Assembly (NCBI GenBank): GCA_964016885.1
Contig: OZ024743.1
Location: 304,482,001 to 304,546,000 of the forward strand
Source of the DNA: Eledone cirrhosa
Taxonomy: Eukaryota
DNA: 64,000 nucleotides
Direction: 5' to 3'
In this document: positions 63,005-64,000 of the stretch, piece by piece
Position numbering within the stretch: position 1 is the first letter of the stretch
How the letters are laid out: every line of letters begins with the position of its first letter
Notes under the pieces: generated by a model
Database searches by the model: none
Told to the model about the DNA's origin: nothing
The model's input: the letters and a program-made list of their open reading frames with translations, nothing else
Made by a program: the position numbers and the translations under genes

Positions 63005-63844
63005 CATATATATATATATATATATAAAAACAGAGAAAGAGAAAGATATATATTTGTGTGTGGGTATGTGTAACCAAAGCATAAGTGTACAAGACTAGAC
63101 ACACATGTTCAATTCATCCTTTGTATCTTAAAATTCAATTTCAATTTCCTAGGAGATAGTTATCCGAGTTAAATTTCCAGTATTTTATTGTTTCCAATAT
63201 ATTTGTCTCGGCTTGTCCACTTACGTCTTTGCTTTCTTGCTTTCCTATATACCGGCGTGAAAAAATATCTGCTATAAAAGAAATTGTCAATGTAATAATT
63301 CTTAGATAAATATTTATCTATTCACTCATGTATTATATTATTTAGTTAATATGATTATTTTTTTAATTTTCTTCAAATGTTTGTCTCCATTTTAAACAGT
63401 GACATCATGTGCTTTTTCTGTTACCCTTTTGCAACCTGTTGCTTTGGAAATTGATAACAAAATATTCGGCATTTTGCTCTTTTTCCTTCATGGGGATTTC
63501 CATTTATGAGCTATGTAAGTGCTTCTTTATATTCTTTAACTGTTCCATTTTGGTATTCGCTGTTTGTTTGTACTTTCATTGGAGCCCTTTGGATCATTTC
63601 ACTTATTACTTCATATTTGCACAAACGGCTCAGGAATTCGAATGTTATCAAATGCCATTGGTTCTGTTGCTATCTGTCGGTGATTTTGTTTTAATATCCG
63701 TTTCAAATATTTTATTTGGCTTCTAAAATATGTTTGTTAATTCGTTCTTTCTTAAATCTTGAGCTTGTATTGTATATTCTGTTTTTGCACTACATTTGTT
63801 CGTTTTGTCTACCAACCACTTTAGTTTAGCACGTATATATATAT

Positions 63845-63852
<8 letters not shown>

Positions 63853-63935
<83 letters not shown>
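63853..63935. repeat. (GA)n microsatellite
   Basis: Read directly. Confidence 0.97.
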
Positions 63936-63937
<2 letters not shown>

Positions 63938-64000
63938 GGGTTTAAAAGTGTCGAAGTCATTGTTACATCCTATGTGCAAATGTTATTGCATATTATAGTT

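Noticed and set aside
63409-63726. 105-aa ORF as a possible host exon
   Set aside because: No recognisable motif or convincing splice context.

Overview
Eukaryotic, AT-rich, microsatellite-dense genomic DNA with no recognisable host gene. It looks molluscan, probably octopus-like; this is inferred from the SINE type and repeat landscape, not proven. Almost all of the window is retroelements, and most are sorted by microsatellite. (i) Three Tx1-type (L1 superfamily, APE+RT) elements lie on the minus strand, two in (GATA)n and one near-intact in (AAT)n. (ii) Four R4/Dong-type RT+restriction-like-endonuclease elements form a 16-kb head-to-tail array separated by (TAA)n. (iii) Many Penelope-like (GIY-YIG) elements and short fold-back derivatives sit in (TA)n, several carrying hammerhead ribozyme motifs; one motif has a U3-A8 compensated core and one family has a ~100-nt stem II. 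(iv) tRNA-derived SINEs and RTE, CRE-like and mariner-like remnants fill the rest. Many ORF-track entries (poly-YI, poly-L and similar) are microsatellite artefacts.
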